Shown: positions 1-11,991, counted from the first letter of the whole stretch. The stretch is 63,237 bases of DNA, filler included, from Lenisia limosa (GCA_001655205.1; 14 parts of 14 records of this genome joined end to end with filler, not necessarily neighbours in it), one strand, 5' to 3'. Numbers and translations are program-made. The notes: generated by a model from the sequence alone, not told the origin.

Positions 1-90
1 CTGAATTAATGACACGGTTTCTGAATTAATGACACGGTTTTGGTGCAGCAGCATATACATATATCATACTATATGGTATTATAACCCAAA

Positions 91-133
91 ATCTCTTATT
101 AGCGTGAAGTTGTGGGCAGCTTCGCCCAGATAC
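91..133 (+). repeat. Dispersed family C fragment
   Basis: ATCTCTTATTAGCGTGAAGTTGTGGGCAGCTTCGCCCAGATAC aligns without gaps to the reverse complement of 61909-61951. Confidence 0.7.
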
Positions 134-210
134 TGCATCATCTCTATATTACTAATAATACACATACTATGATATGATAATCAACAGTGTCAGGATTTCA
201 CTCAATTTAG

Positions 211-3200
211 CTCTGCAAATTCCTACGAAACTCTGTTCATCATCGACGAAAACGATTACATTATTTGTGGGGAGGTCATTTTCCCTATTGAGTTCTTCAC
301 TTCTGTCCTTAAAATACTGGAATTAAGTAGATTTTTTTAAAAAAAAAAATCGGCTTAAATTTGTTGGGTCGAAGTGAATCCTACTTTATAATTATACACA
401 ACCATCCGGAGCAATGGACAATCTTTTATGTTATTGTTTTATTTCTCTAGATGCCAAAAACGAAGTTATTGTATCCATTTCTTCCACGGCACTAACGTCT
501 CGCCTTAGAGCTTCAGATTCACAGAACCTGGTTTGAATGGCTTTAATACTACCACCTATGTACACTTCGTATATTGTTTCTTCTTTTTGAGAGGGAGAAA
601 AAGCTGTCATAAATATAATACGGATATTTCACGGTTATTGTTTTTGTACAAAATTGTTCGATATCATATGTTACATGGGAATGTTGGAACTTTTTCATCA
701 TATTTTTTTTCTCAAAACTTCATTTTTAATGTAAAGCTCAGTTAGGTATCTTTTATACTATATCCCCTCGTGTATATGATTGCTCATATCTACTCGTTGC
801 AGCCCTTTGTTGATGGTTGTGATTCTTTTTTAAAATGATTATTTAAAGATGTTCAGAGGGATGAACGAGGCTTCAACCGAGTGGGTCCCTCTGAACATCC
901 TTAAATAACCAATTAAAAACAATTCACTCCGCCATTTCCACTCGTGAGCATTACATATCGTGGAAATGTTGCAAATAGTGATATGATATAGTTATGATAT
1001 GATTATTACTCTTTGCTAATAACCTCCAGGCCATTAGTGACTCAATGCTATGGCTTTCCAATCTCCAAAATGACGAACCTGAAGTATTGTCATTCACTGG
1101 AGAAGCTTTTATCAGCGGCCAGAATGTCTTTATTTCGGTGTGGGGCATCTTCGGCTTCATTGTATTCATTATTTTCAGCGATTCATAACCTTCTTTGTCC
1201 CCATCATCATCATCCTTTTAGGCCCAGTCACTGAATATTGAAGGGAATCAATATTGGGTCATTGTTGCCAATGACAACACTGGTGCTACCCAAAGTATTG
1301 ACGATGGTCTCTACATCGCAATAATGGTTTGGAGGGGGTGAGGTAACAAGATAGTTTCGATACCCCCGATACCACCTTGTTTTATTTCTCATCTCCACAC
1401 ACCATACCCTCGGTAAAATAAAAAAGTCACATTTTCATTTCGGGTTCTTTTTTTTCTGCATTCATGCATTCTAGGTTTACATTGTTGCCACCGTTCTTGC
1501 CACAATAATGTTCCTTGTTTTTGTTATAACCATCACCGGGACAAGATGTCGGAGGGCAGTATCAAACAATGTCAGACCTCTTTTCGAACGAGTTGGGAGG
1601 GTTAAAGAGCGGAATGTGGTTCAATTATTAAACTTAACACACTTTAGAATGACATCCAACGAGCGGCTTCAGTGAAGAAGAAGACAATCTATGACTTTAG
1701 TAGTCTAACTTCTTGTGTGGAATCTGTCAAGAACGTCATATCAACAAATCCTTGTATGATTAACTTATTTATTAAATTTATCTGCTTTTTGCACCAATTT
1801 TTTATTGTATTTTATAAATTCCTTATAAATTTCGCAGCAACAGGAAATGAATTGAATGCCCCCCTCAACAAGCTCTCACATCCAAATCAAAACGAATACG
1901 CATATCGCATGTCAATAAAACTCCTTCCAAAAAGTAGGCTTTATTTGAATGGCAGATTGTACCTTTGGATTGAGCAATTGATAGTTTCAGACCGAACGGG
2001 ATCTGAAGTAGCGCACCGATGGCTTGCCATAGAATATACACCCCACAGAAGGTACTAATGAGAGCTGGGCTCCAGTTTTACTGACACTTAGCCTCCCTCA
2101 CCCCTTCTTCCAAAAAATCCATCTTTATTTATTCTTTGGGAAACTAAACCACTTGTTTTCGCGAAGCAACTTGAACTTTTTTATCAAGATTTTCATTGTG
2201 TACGTAACGTCAGTGGAGTGCACTAGTAATGTTCTATAGGAAAAGGAAAATTCACATAGTATATACTGATTATCATATCATCATTAAGAGGAGAAAGTGC
2301 TTTTTTTGGAAGGAGCAAACTCCAAGTTTTACCGTCTTTCCATTCTATTTTTTGGCAAACCAGGGGTCCCTTCTTTGTTTAATGATCATGGAATGTAATT
2401 TTTCCATGTGTCTTCTTTAACCTCCAGAGATTTTTTTTTTTGTTTCAGTGTTTAATGACATGTCTTTTATTTTGGGTTGTGGCTTACTTTCTAAGCTTTA
2501 ATTACAGATAAATTGTCAAAAATTCTCTAATTTTGACTGGACTTTGTGTCTTTTTTCGAAAAAACAATGAAATACATATATATTATGATGGGGGTCATTT
2601 ATGTTGAGTTTTTTCAAGCTTTATTCTTTAGCCCGCCAACTTCAGACTTTGTTCGGGAGTTTTTTACCCCATCAAATAGGTATGTTAGTTTTACTGATTT
2701 CATTTACAGCATTAATGAAACTACATTTTTTACTTTTCAGAAATCGCTCAGACAGCACCGAGTCTCGAAAATCAAGAAAACGAAAAAACTCAATGTAAGA
2801 AACTGTGTTCTTGAAAGTGTATTGTTGTAAGTTCAAAATTTGTCTTGGTATTCCCTTTAGAAAATATACTTTTCATTTCACCCTTTCAGACGACAGCTGC
2901 CTGTTGACGACCAAATGTAAGTATCTCTATGGATTGATAAGTGTTTTCAACATACATGTGTCTTTTTGTATTTACAACCCAGGAAGTCGTATCAAGACTT
3001 TTTGGGAAACCCTGGCTACCTTCCAACTGAGTGAGGGGATGAACCTATTTGTTTGATTGTTGTACCACATTACTTTTATACCTTCCAGACAAGAACGACT
3101 ATTGGTAGACTTGTTTTCGGTGACAAAGTCCTATCAAAACAACGTGTTTGTCATTTCTATGACTTGTGACAGTGAGGATCTTTGTTGATTGTGTCCTTTT

Positions 3201-6200
3201 CTTACCATTTTTTAGACAGACCAGTCTTCTTCACTGTTTTGCATCTAATGTCTCGATATGATCTTGAAGACAGTCTTGAGGTGGACTCTGCTGCACTCAG
3301 AACCTTTCTTTATGAGATTGAAACTGGTGGGGGCACGGACAGTTTATGTTAAAATACTGACATACACTATCATATCGATATATTATGCTACACAAGATCG
3401 CCTTTGCTATGGAAACTGCATCATCATGTTGGACATCTTCCTTCACTGAATTTTGAAGTAAGAAATGTTTTTTATATGACGAATTTCGACCTCATATCCC
3501 TTCGACACAGGATATGGCATAACGTATATACACATAGGAATTTTTAGAACGTCAATTTTCATTGTGGAGATCATTATATTTTTTTGTCATGTTTTGTTCT
3601 CAAAACTTTTTTTTAAGTACAGCTCAGCTAACTCAAGATCCTTTCGGGACTTGACGCCGAGTGAGAGTAGGGAGTAACAAGAAGAAGAGGAAAAGAGATA
3701 CTTCAGAATATCAGGAATTAAATCAAATATTGAGTGGTTTTTAGCCAGAAAGAATATTAAAGAAGTTCAGAGGCATCAGCTTGTTGACCAGCTTTCAAAA
3801 TCTAGTAATTTTGCATTAGTTTCTCTTCATCACCTTCCTTTTAAAGTGGGAGCAAAAGGGCTTTTTCTCGACATTCGCAATTCTAACAATTGTTCCAGAG
3901 TCCTATTATTCTCTATAAAAAGACCGCTGAGAAGGAAAAAGGGGGGGTTGTAACACGAGAATGATTATCAAAACAGTGTATCTTTCGGTTTGCTTAAGGT
4001 TCTAAAAGCTTAATACAGGTTGCAAGAAAAAAGAGAGGTATTATTTTAAAAAAAGTTGCCCACTCTGGGGCTCGATCCCCTGACCTTCAAAACCAACAAA
4101 AGTCAATCTGGTGTTCATTTGACCACTAAATAAATGGCGCCCGAAATATCTTTAAAGTGTAAGGACTTATATTCATTTAAAAAAACGTTTATGGGCCAAT
4201 AGATAAAATCACTGGAATAAAATGACGTTACCAAACATTCCCCTCGTGTGTTGTGTGCCATATCTATAAAACAATTGAATATGCCGAATGTGTCCCGAGG
4301 AACATCCTTAAAACAATTCACTCTACATGGATATGGCTTAACATATATGTGTACATACTAATATTCACACAAACCAGATACTATTCTATTGTATTCTGTA
4401 TTGAACTGATATTCCAGCCTATCCAAGTGGCAGTTTCCACAACAACATGCACTCCTGTAATTTACTTCTTGTTGTTACCACCCTTGTTACAAGCTGCAGT
4501 TCTGTTTTTAAGTGGGAGTCTGGGATCTCTTTTGTATTTTATTGCTACCATATCCATTGAATCATGTCTTAGGGTGTTGGACCCAATTGACCTTCTTTCT
4601 GTCATGATAGCTGCGATCACGCTGGACCTCAACCATCCTTCAATCAGCAACGCCAGTTTGATTTTGACGCAGCACAAAACAGCAATCATGTACAATGATC
4701 AATCTGTAGGATATTGGACGGATCTAAACGTCTTGAAATGTGGTTTTTTTACAGAAAGGAATACAGAACTGGTGCAGTTTATCCTAACTAACCAGCCGGT
4801 CGAAAATGCAGCGCTCACTTCACTGTTTACCCTTCTTGGTACCTCAAGGTGCAATTTTTTGAAAAACATGGCCCCTTTAAAGTAAGTTATTCACTTAGGT
4901 TATCATTTTCTGTAATAATTTTTACCTTGTTAGATACCAACGGCTACGGCGCCAAGTGACTCAGATCTGTCTTGGTGAGATTTCCTTAATCGTCACAATG
5001 TGTTGTAATGAGAAAACTACGGAGGATTCCATTATTTCGCCATACTCAGTTTTTGCATTCCTATCTTCTTTCCTTGTTACNNNNNNNNNNNNNNNNNNNN
5101 NNNNNNNNNNNNNNNNNNNNNNNNNNNNNNNNNNNNNNNNNNNNNNNNNNNNNNNNNNNNNNNNNNNNNNNNNNNNNNNNNNNNNNNNNNNNNNNNNNNN
5201 NNNNNNNNNNNNNNNNNTTTGTCCACTTTTCCTAAATATGACACTATTTAGCTCTCCAGCCAAGTGATGAATGTGACAGAGTCCTCGTGATGGCTCTTGC
5301 ACTTCGAGTTAGAGGAAAAGAGGACCATGTTGATCTTGATTCTGATCATGCATACATGTAGTAAAATAGTACCATATAGTATGTATTATATATAATAATC
5401 TACATATCACAGTGATACGTTTTTCTGACTTTTAATAGGTTGCTCAAAATTCCTTTTTCTGCCAAGAATGGAAAGTGTCCGAAAACTGGGGACAACGCCG
5501 AATGAACGAGTTGCAAAAAGAGGTGAGGGGGGTTTGCTTTATTCCTGGACTATTATCTTTTTTATTTTCATCAATTTACTCACCTCACATTTTAGTATCT
5601 ACTTCTCCAAAATAGCCCCCTTGTTGACCGAACACTCATCTCACACATACCTGAAGTCCACGACTACATCATTTCTGAGGCTAATAGTATTGTTATTGTG
5701 GGTAAGGGTGTCGACTTTACTTGCCTTTTTGAAATAGAATTTTTCCGTAATGTGTTGTTAACCCTGTTCCAATAAACGTGACTAACTACTCAGCCACTTT
5801 TTGAAGTTTGGTCCTCAATATCTGGAGATTCTGTTGGGGGGGGGGGGGGGNNNNNNNNNNNNNNNNNNNNNNNNNNNNNNNNNNNNNNNNNNNNNNNNNN
5901 NNNNNNNNNNNNNNNNNNNNNNNNNNNNNNNNNNNNNNNNNNNGTTTTGTTCTCTTTACACTGTAGTCCCTTCTTATTTCGCTGCGTAAAAACCTTGATG
6001 AGTTTGAAGAGTCTGCAAGGAGAGCCACGCTAGACTCAAGCATTTCACAGGCAACGTTACCATACGGCCATAACCACTCTGGTTTGAATACGTGGTATTT
6101 CAAACAACTTGGGTTATTGTATTCAATCTGAGAAATAATCTGAAACCTTAGGCCACATTCAATCTATGGATGTACTTCCTATGACCCCGTCATCGTACAA

Positions 6201-7795
6201 CGCTCCCCCAGGTTGTTCTTTTTTATATCAGACACAAAAATTGTTGATACTTTTTTGTTTACCTCTTTAGGTTTCCATAGCACTCCCCCAGACACACCAT
6301 CCTCACATCGCAATCAAGGATTTGATGTTAGGAGTCATACCATTTTTGAGGACTATGCTAATTGTTTCAGTCATACTCCAACCCAAATCTTGATCTCAGC
6401 ACCCTTCAAAGAACCATGTCAACAGAGTCAATGACTGCACGACAGGTTGGTGGCACCTCTCGAAACCTTCTGTATTTTTGGAACCAAGAAGACAGTTCAC
6501 CTCCTTACCATTATCTTTTCACTTGTCAGCGAATGGACTTTAATTTGAGGAGATCAATGTCTGCTCGAAGTTTCAAGGACGAGGATTCTGCGAGGTCCTC
6601 AGCAGTGGCTGGTAAGCATACTTTACTTTATTCTTATTTCCAAAGCTTTCCTGTAATTCTTACCCCCTCTCCTCAGAAAATGATGAACGAATGCTTCATC
6701 GACCAGCGCTTGAGGCCACCCCAGAAGAAGACAACCCGGGCACTCCAGTCTTCAAATCAGGTCATTGGGGTAACCAAAATGTAGCAAATGCAGGGAACGT
6801 GAACTTTCCTCTATGTTTTACCCAACAACTTGAAGTTGACGCAATAATATGCTTAATATACTATGTCCATACAGCATTATGTATCATGTAATAGTTTTAT
6901 AACTAGATGTCTATGTTTAATAATATTCATATATTATTATATAATTCTCATCTCTACATATGATATAGTAAATGTAATTCTCAAATGATTGTCCCCAGGC
7001 ACGCCCACCACACAGCCTAGTCCGATTTCAACACGAAGAACCCCGTCACTCTACGATGACAAAGATGGCTCAGAGTGAGATATTTATCTTGAATGATCTG
7101 CAACTTATTTATCATCATTCTGTAGATTTACGGGTTATACCTGAAGCTATATTTCAACTTACACTTCTAGGACTGGTGTACATCTTGAAGAAAGCCTCTC
7201 TGTGCCTAATTCCTCAAAACGGTAGGAGAAATGACAAAACATACAATGTATCATATTGATACCAATCAGGCGGTCATCCATATTCCTGGGAGCAGGGATG
7301 GGCACAGTTGCTGGAGCTGTAGTTGCAGCTCGAACTATCAATGATGCTCCGAGCCCAGTGAAAGGCTCCCCTAAGAACTCCAGAGTACCCTCACCCAAAA
7401 CCCCGCGAGCAAGAACGCCCTCTATGACTGGTGTAAGCTGGGTGGGGTACAGCAGGTTTTTTTCCTATAAGCGAGCGAGTGAATTCAAGAAAACCACTCC
7501 TAGGACAAAAACTCAAGGTTTTTTTTTATAAAATGCAGTTTTATTCTGGGGAAAGTTCTTTCTTATTTAAAATAGGAAAGCGGTTCTTCAGATCTCCTGT
7601 CAAAGCGAGTGGTACGGCCTCCTCCTTCGCTTTACACTGATCATGGTATGTTGCTCAACTGTTAATTCCTAAATGAGGTATCATCCGAACAAAGCTGATT
7701 GATCAGATGACGAATACTCGCGATCATCTCCCGAGACCACTGTCAATAAACAGGCTTTGCTTCAAAATTCTTCTTCATCAGCTCCTGCTATATAA
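211..7795 (+). CDS. Multi-exon membrane-anchored protein with degenerate class I cyclic-nucleotide phosphodiesterase domain and Ser/Pro-rich tail (5' incomplete)
   Basis: Spliced exons read DRPVFFTVLHLMSRYDLEDSLEVDSAALRTFLYEIET / AYPSGSFHNNMHS / LDPIDLLSVMIAAITLDLNHPSISNASLILTQHKTAIMYNDQS / VENAALTSLFTLL / YQRLRRQVTQICL / DRVLVMALALR / VAQNSFFCQEWKVSENWGQRRMNELQKE / SPLVDRTL, collinear with the PDEase_I fold (3217-5700). Hydrophobic exon VYIVATVLATIMFLVFVITITG at ~1475-1540. Stop TAA at 7793. Joining upstream and downstream exons into one gene is inferred. Confidence 0.7.
4057..4140 (-). pseudogene. Degenerate tRNA-like relic (possibly Lys-TTT-derived) in PDE intron
   Basis: Minus strand reads ...TTAGTGGTCA...GACTTTTG...AAGGTCAGGGGATCGAGCCCCAGAGTGGGCA followed by a T run. 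T-arm and B-box-like half is recognisable; acceptor and anticodon stems pair poorly. Confidence 0.3.
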
Positions 7796-9356
7796 GGTTT
7801 CTTTATTAATGCGAATTGTTTTTTTTTTGTTTCAGCTTAGGTATGTTTCTTTTAGGTAATTGATAGATGTAATAAAACATGTGGTTGTTTTTGTCGTTCA
7901 GAAATGATGTATCAAGCCTAAAAAGGGGTATAGAAGCCAACAAAAGTATCCTTATCAGCTTCAACACAATCAACAACAGCAGCTGGGCCCGACCGAAGTG
8001 TACATTGGGGGTTTGTATGGGACCCTGGGAGTTAATATTTCTCAAGACGTGGATTGAAATTCACGTTCCTACCATAAAACGTTTGATGAAGGCCATAGGA
8101 TGTGACACTGACAGGAAAGAAGGTTTCAGACGCTGATTCATACATATGGAACGACTTGGGAGACCAGGGCTTCGTGGTAGACACACTGTATCTTGAGTGC
8201 GCAATTGAACAAACAAAAAAAGAGAAATTAAATCAGGGTTTCATGGGAAAGAGGTCTCAGAGCAGATATCGAAGAATTGAGGGCAATTTAAATTTTGTAT
8301 TCATTTTGATAAAGGAGTAAATAATATGATGCGCAAAACAGAATAGCGTTATTCGGATATATCAGATAACTTTCCCATTTAAAACTCTGCTTTAATGATG
8401 TTTAAAATCTCACTGAAAAAGTCCTCTGAAAACACCATCCGAGAAGATGATCCGATCACTTGTTGCTTCAGATGCAATCTAAAATTTCAAAAAAAAAAAC
8501 TTTTGAAAAACACGTACAGTTGCAAGAGTTTGACCGGAGTAGGAAGAAGTGTACTTCACAGGATTTACTTGGGCTAAAAAAAAACCCATAAGAAAGGTAG
8601 ATTATACAGACACTAAATCAGAACTTCTTTAAACAGAAAAAAGCATCCTAGGTATAAAAAAAAAAAGACAAAAAGGAAACCTCAACATACCACTGCTGAT
8701 AGAGTAGATATCTCCTATTGGAATATTGAAGAAAGGGTAGTCAACACTAAATGACTCATCTGTAACATAAATAGAAAAGATAAAAGGGTGATATTTTAAT
8801 AATTAAGGGATAGGGGAAATATGTGCACCTACCCGATGGGTTGCCATAATATGTTGTAGGATCATCCCAGAACTCAGCTTCAAACATTTGTGGAGCTGCT
8901 GACAAAGACATTAACCTAAGCTGTGAAAAAGGTATTGGTCTTCTGACTGTCAGTGTTTCACCCACCGTAAAAGAGGGGACGGCGAAGAAGGGTGGTCGAA
9001 AACACAGTAACCCACAAAGTCATTCTAATTTTGTAAGACTAAAAAATATATTTTAATTATTGAGACATGCAAAATTGTCTTAACACATTAGCATACCTCG
9101 TTGTAAAAGATTTGATAGGGTCCATTGGTAGGGTTTAAAACACGATTCTTCACATCAGAACATGATAAATCTGCAATTTGTTGGACAAATTCAGAGTAAG
9201 TATATACTATCGAATAATAGTAATCTACACATACACATATCGATATAATTTTCAATAAAATATGTGCATATAATCATATACTACTATATATATGTATATA
9301 TAATATATGAGTATATATATTATAGTATGTGTAGATTAGAGAAATAAAAATAGGTA

Positions 9357-9388
9357 GTATCTGGCCGAAGCCGTCCACATCATCTCGC
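9357..9388 (-). repeat. Dispersed family C fragment
   Basis: Plus strand GTATCTGGCCGAAGCCGTCCACATCATCTCGC. Confidence 0.75.
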
Positions 9389-9448
9389 CTGTTATATACA
9401 ATATACTTGATGATATATTATGTATATACTATATCAACAATACTATAA

Positions 9449-9548
9449 NNNNNNNNNNNNNNNNNNNNNNNNNNNNNNNNNNNNNNNNNNNNTTAATTAA
9501 TTAANNNNNNNNNNNNNNNNNNNNNNNNNNNNNNNNNNNNNNNNNNNN
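9449..9548. other. Artificial scaffold joiner (first of 13)
   Basis: 44 N + TTAATTAATTAA + 44 N (stops in all six frames). The 12-mer recurs at 9493, 19848, 22667, 24446, 26603, 28935, 30944, 33024, 34899, 36271, 37568, 57356, 61157. Confidence 0.97.
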
Positions 9549-9634
9549 CCCGAGTAATTGTGATGGCATCTTATTAATTCATTTCAAATAATACCATTTA
9601 TCTTCCCCCTTTATTTTTTTTCTTTACCAAGTAG

Positions 9635-11991
9635 TTTTCTCATGCGATTCCGGCGGCGCTGCAGGCCCTCCGGTGGTCCCTGACCATATACGGTCATGAT
9701 GCCATTGAGGCCGTGCCGGCTTATCTGCTTCTTTCCCAGGCTTCCGTCGGTATGTCTGGAGGGCTCTTCTTCTCTGAATCTTGATGATCTACTCAACAAT
9801 CTGATCGCAGTAGCAATTAGGGAAACATCGACAATCATTTGACGATTCAGGCCTAAAGACCTATGCACAAGCAGAGGAGTATCTTTCATTGGCACGATGG
9901 GCTGCTGTCAACCATCCCGATTCTGGGTAGGCTTGTTTTTAGAGCTTCAGTTTCGGTTCCAATAAGATTGAATTTTCGAAAAAATCTTCGAAAAATATCT
10001 ATATTTTACGTGTTCTTTTAACCTAAAAGTAAACCTCTACTTCTTTTGCTGTGAAAAAGTGTTGGACATCTGATTTTTAGGATAATATTTGCAAGTACCG
10101 ATGTATGTCTCTGAGTATAATGACTACAGTTTTCATCTGACTCATTCTTCAGTCCGAACGTCAAGTCAAAGCTCTATCGAAATTTTGGAAAACTGTACAG
10201 TGCACAGGGGCGCTATGATTTAGCCTTACAACAGGTGTGTACGGGTCATACATAATAACAGGGTTTCAGGCCAGAGTACATCTGAGTCTTCTTGTAGTAT
10301 TTGTTTGTTTGTTGTTATCAACCCTGTGTGTTGTCAGTTGATTTGGGTTTTTTTTGTTTCATAAATTATCCAGTTTTACTCCCCCCTGCAGCTTGCACTC
10401 GACCTGTACCACACTTCACTGTCCTTCGGTCCCAGTGGCGTGGAGGCCGCGGCGGCGCACGTCGATCTCTCCCTCGTGTTCGAGAAAACTAACAAAATTG
10501 ACGCTGCTCTTGCCTCGTTGGAGAAGGTACACTGGCTGGTGATAGGTCTTGGCACTTGGGTTGTTTTTTCTGCCGTTAGACCAAAGATTCAATGGTTTTT
10601 ACCTTGACATTCCAGGTTCTTGACGCCTGGGTTGGCCTCTTCTCAAAGCATCTGGATTCTGATGAAGAGCTTCCTTTGAGTTGGTGGACTATTCGAAATC
10701 ACATCAAGAGTAGCAGTTGGAAATATCCTACATTGGGCTTCACCTCGGTTCAAAAAAAGACTGAATTTATCGATAAATCGTAGAAAACTATCAATATTTT
10801 ACCGGTCTCTTTTGAACCGAAGTGAAGCCCTAATCCTACATCCTTTATAAATATCATTAATTTACCGATCCTTTTTGGACCATAGGGAAGCCCTGGTCAT
10901 CAGTAGGGCTTCACTTTTCGAAAAATACCGGTAAAATATCGAAAATAGTCGAGTGTTCATCAAAAAAATCAGTCTTTTTTTCGAACCGAAGTGAATAAGA
11001 CAATAGAGCATACCTTGATTTTATTTGGCTGGGGGGTTAGATGTGGAGGGNNNNNNNNNNNNNNNNNNNNNNNNNNNNNNGATGAAGGTTCCTTCTAACC
11101 CTCTATAGCGGACGCACAAGAGCCTGAGGCTATTCACGCACTTTCGCGAGTGCGCGAAGTCCGGTATGTTGATAAGGCACTTTTAATAGTATTTTTTGTT
11201 CACATAAGATAAGGGTCTTTCTCATTTCAACGTCTCTTTGGCTTGGTGTAAGTTATTTATTTATTTATTTTCGAATTTCAGATTAGTTGGTTCATGATAT
11301 TGACACCAATATTCTTCTTCGGAATTTGCTTTATTTTACTCCACTAGATACAAGGTGCTTGGTCCTGAACACGCGAAAACATCAGAAGCAGATGCTGGAC
11401 TTGGATTGGCCTATGCTAGTTTTGCACAGTGGGATGGGGTTCGATCAAATTAGTCTTTGGTTTGTAGGGCTCTGTCAAATGCCATCGAACTTGTAGAGGG
11501 TAGTAGATTTTATAGCTTTGGCAAGGTGCACCTTTTTTTTTTGTGTGAAAGATGGCATATTATCATAATAAGTTAATAGTATTAATTATATCTTATGACC
11601 ACCTATTTTTATAGCTATGATGAATCGAGGCCTCTTTTGCAGCAGGCAGTGAGCTCAGCTTCAGCAGCCTTGGGGGCTGAACACCCCACTACTGTTATGT
11701 ATCAGGTTTGCCTTCTTTCGGATCGCATGCGGCTCACTCACGATATCAATTTGGGCGGTTTCTTTCGTGACTGTTTACAAAGTACCTCATGTCATACAAT
11801 ATACGTTCATATCATTCACTTGATGAATACATAGTATATCATGTGATATAATTGTTCACCATCATAATTGATAGTTTCTGCCGGAAACCCGTCTCTTTTG
11901 TAGGGAGGCCTACTGATACTCTACCCTTACTGTCCAGGGTTGGTTGGAGTCAATGGAGTCTGCAGCAGCCGAAGAGAGTGAGGCGGGATAG
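9635..11991 (+). CDS. ZMYND12: ZMYND12 / p38-like TPR protein of the flagellar inner dynein arm (5' truncated at scaffold edge)
   Basis: Nine exons with consistent phases give HAIPAALQALRWSLTIYGHDAIEAVPAYLLLSQASVGLKTYAQAEEYLSLARWAAVNHPDSGPNVKSKLYRNFGKLYSAQGRYDLALQQLALDLYHTSLSFGPSGVEAAAAHVDLSLVFEKTNKIDAALASLEKVLDAW...DAQEPEAIHAL. This is collinear with remembered ZMYND12 motifs (VPAYLLLAEA, QAEEYL, LHRNLG, LANDIY, DEAQEAEAI). Confidence 0.85.
9942..10037. mobile_element. MITE family A copy (diverged), ZMYND12 intron
   Basis: TA|GAGCTTCAGTTTCGGTTC...AAAGTAAACCTC|TA with the family core. Confidence 0.6.
10303..10391 (+). repeat. Intron-3'-end repeat family (family D), full copy ending at ZMYND12 acceptor
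   Basis: GTTTGTTTGTTGTTATCAACCCTGTGTGTTGTCAGTTGATTTGGGTTTTTTTTGTTTCATAAATTATCCAGTTTTACTCCCCCCTGCAG; the final AG is the acceptor of intron 10235-10391. Confidence 0.85.
10735..10830. mobile_element. MITE family A copy, ZMYND12 intron
   Basis: TIRs GGGCTTCACCTCGGTTCAAAA / TTTTGAACCGAAGTGAAGCCC followed by TA; ATCGAT-rich core. Confidence 0.88.
10906..10995. mobile_element. MITE family A copy, same intron (a partial third end at ~10872-10893)
   Basis: TA|GGGCTTCAC...TTTTTCGAACCGAAGTGAA. Confidence 0.8.

Noticed and set aside
7960-8230. RRM gene suggested by TEVYIGGL
   Set aside because: No RNP1 motif or consistent exon chain found, and stops occur in all frames nearby.
9493-9504. TTAATTAATTAA recurring 13 times as a biological motif or CRISPR-like repeat
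   Set aside because: Always centred between two 44-N blocks; it is a six-frame stop linker added when scaffolds were concatenated.
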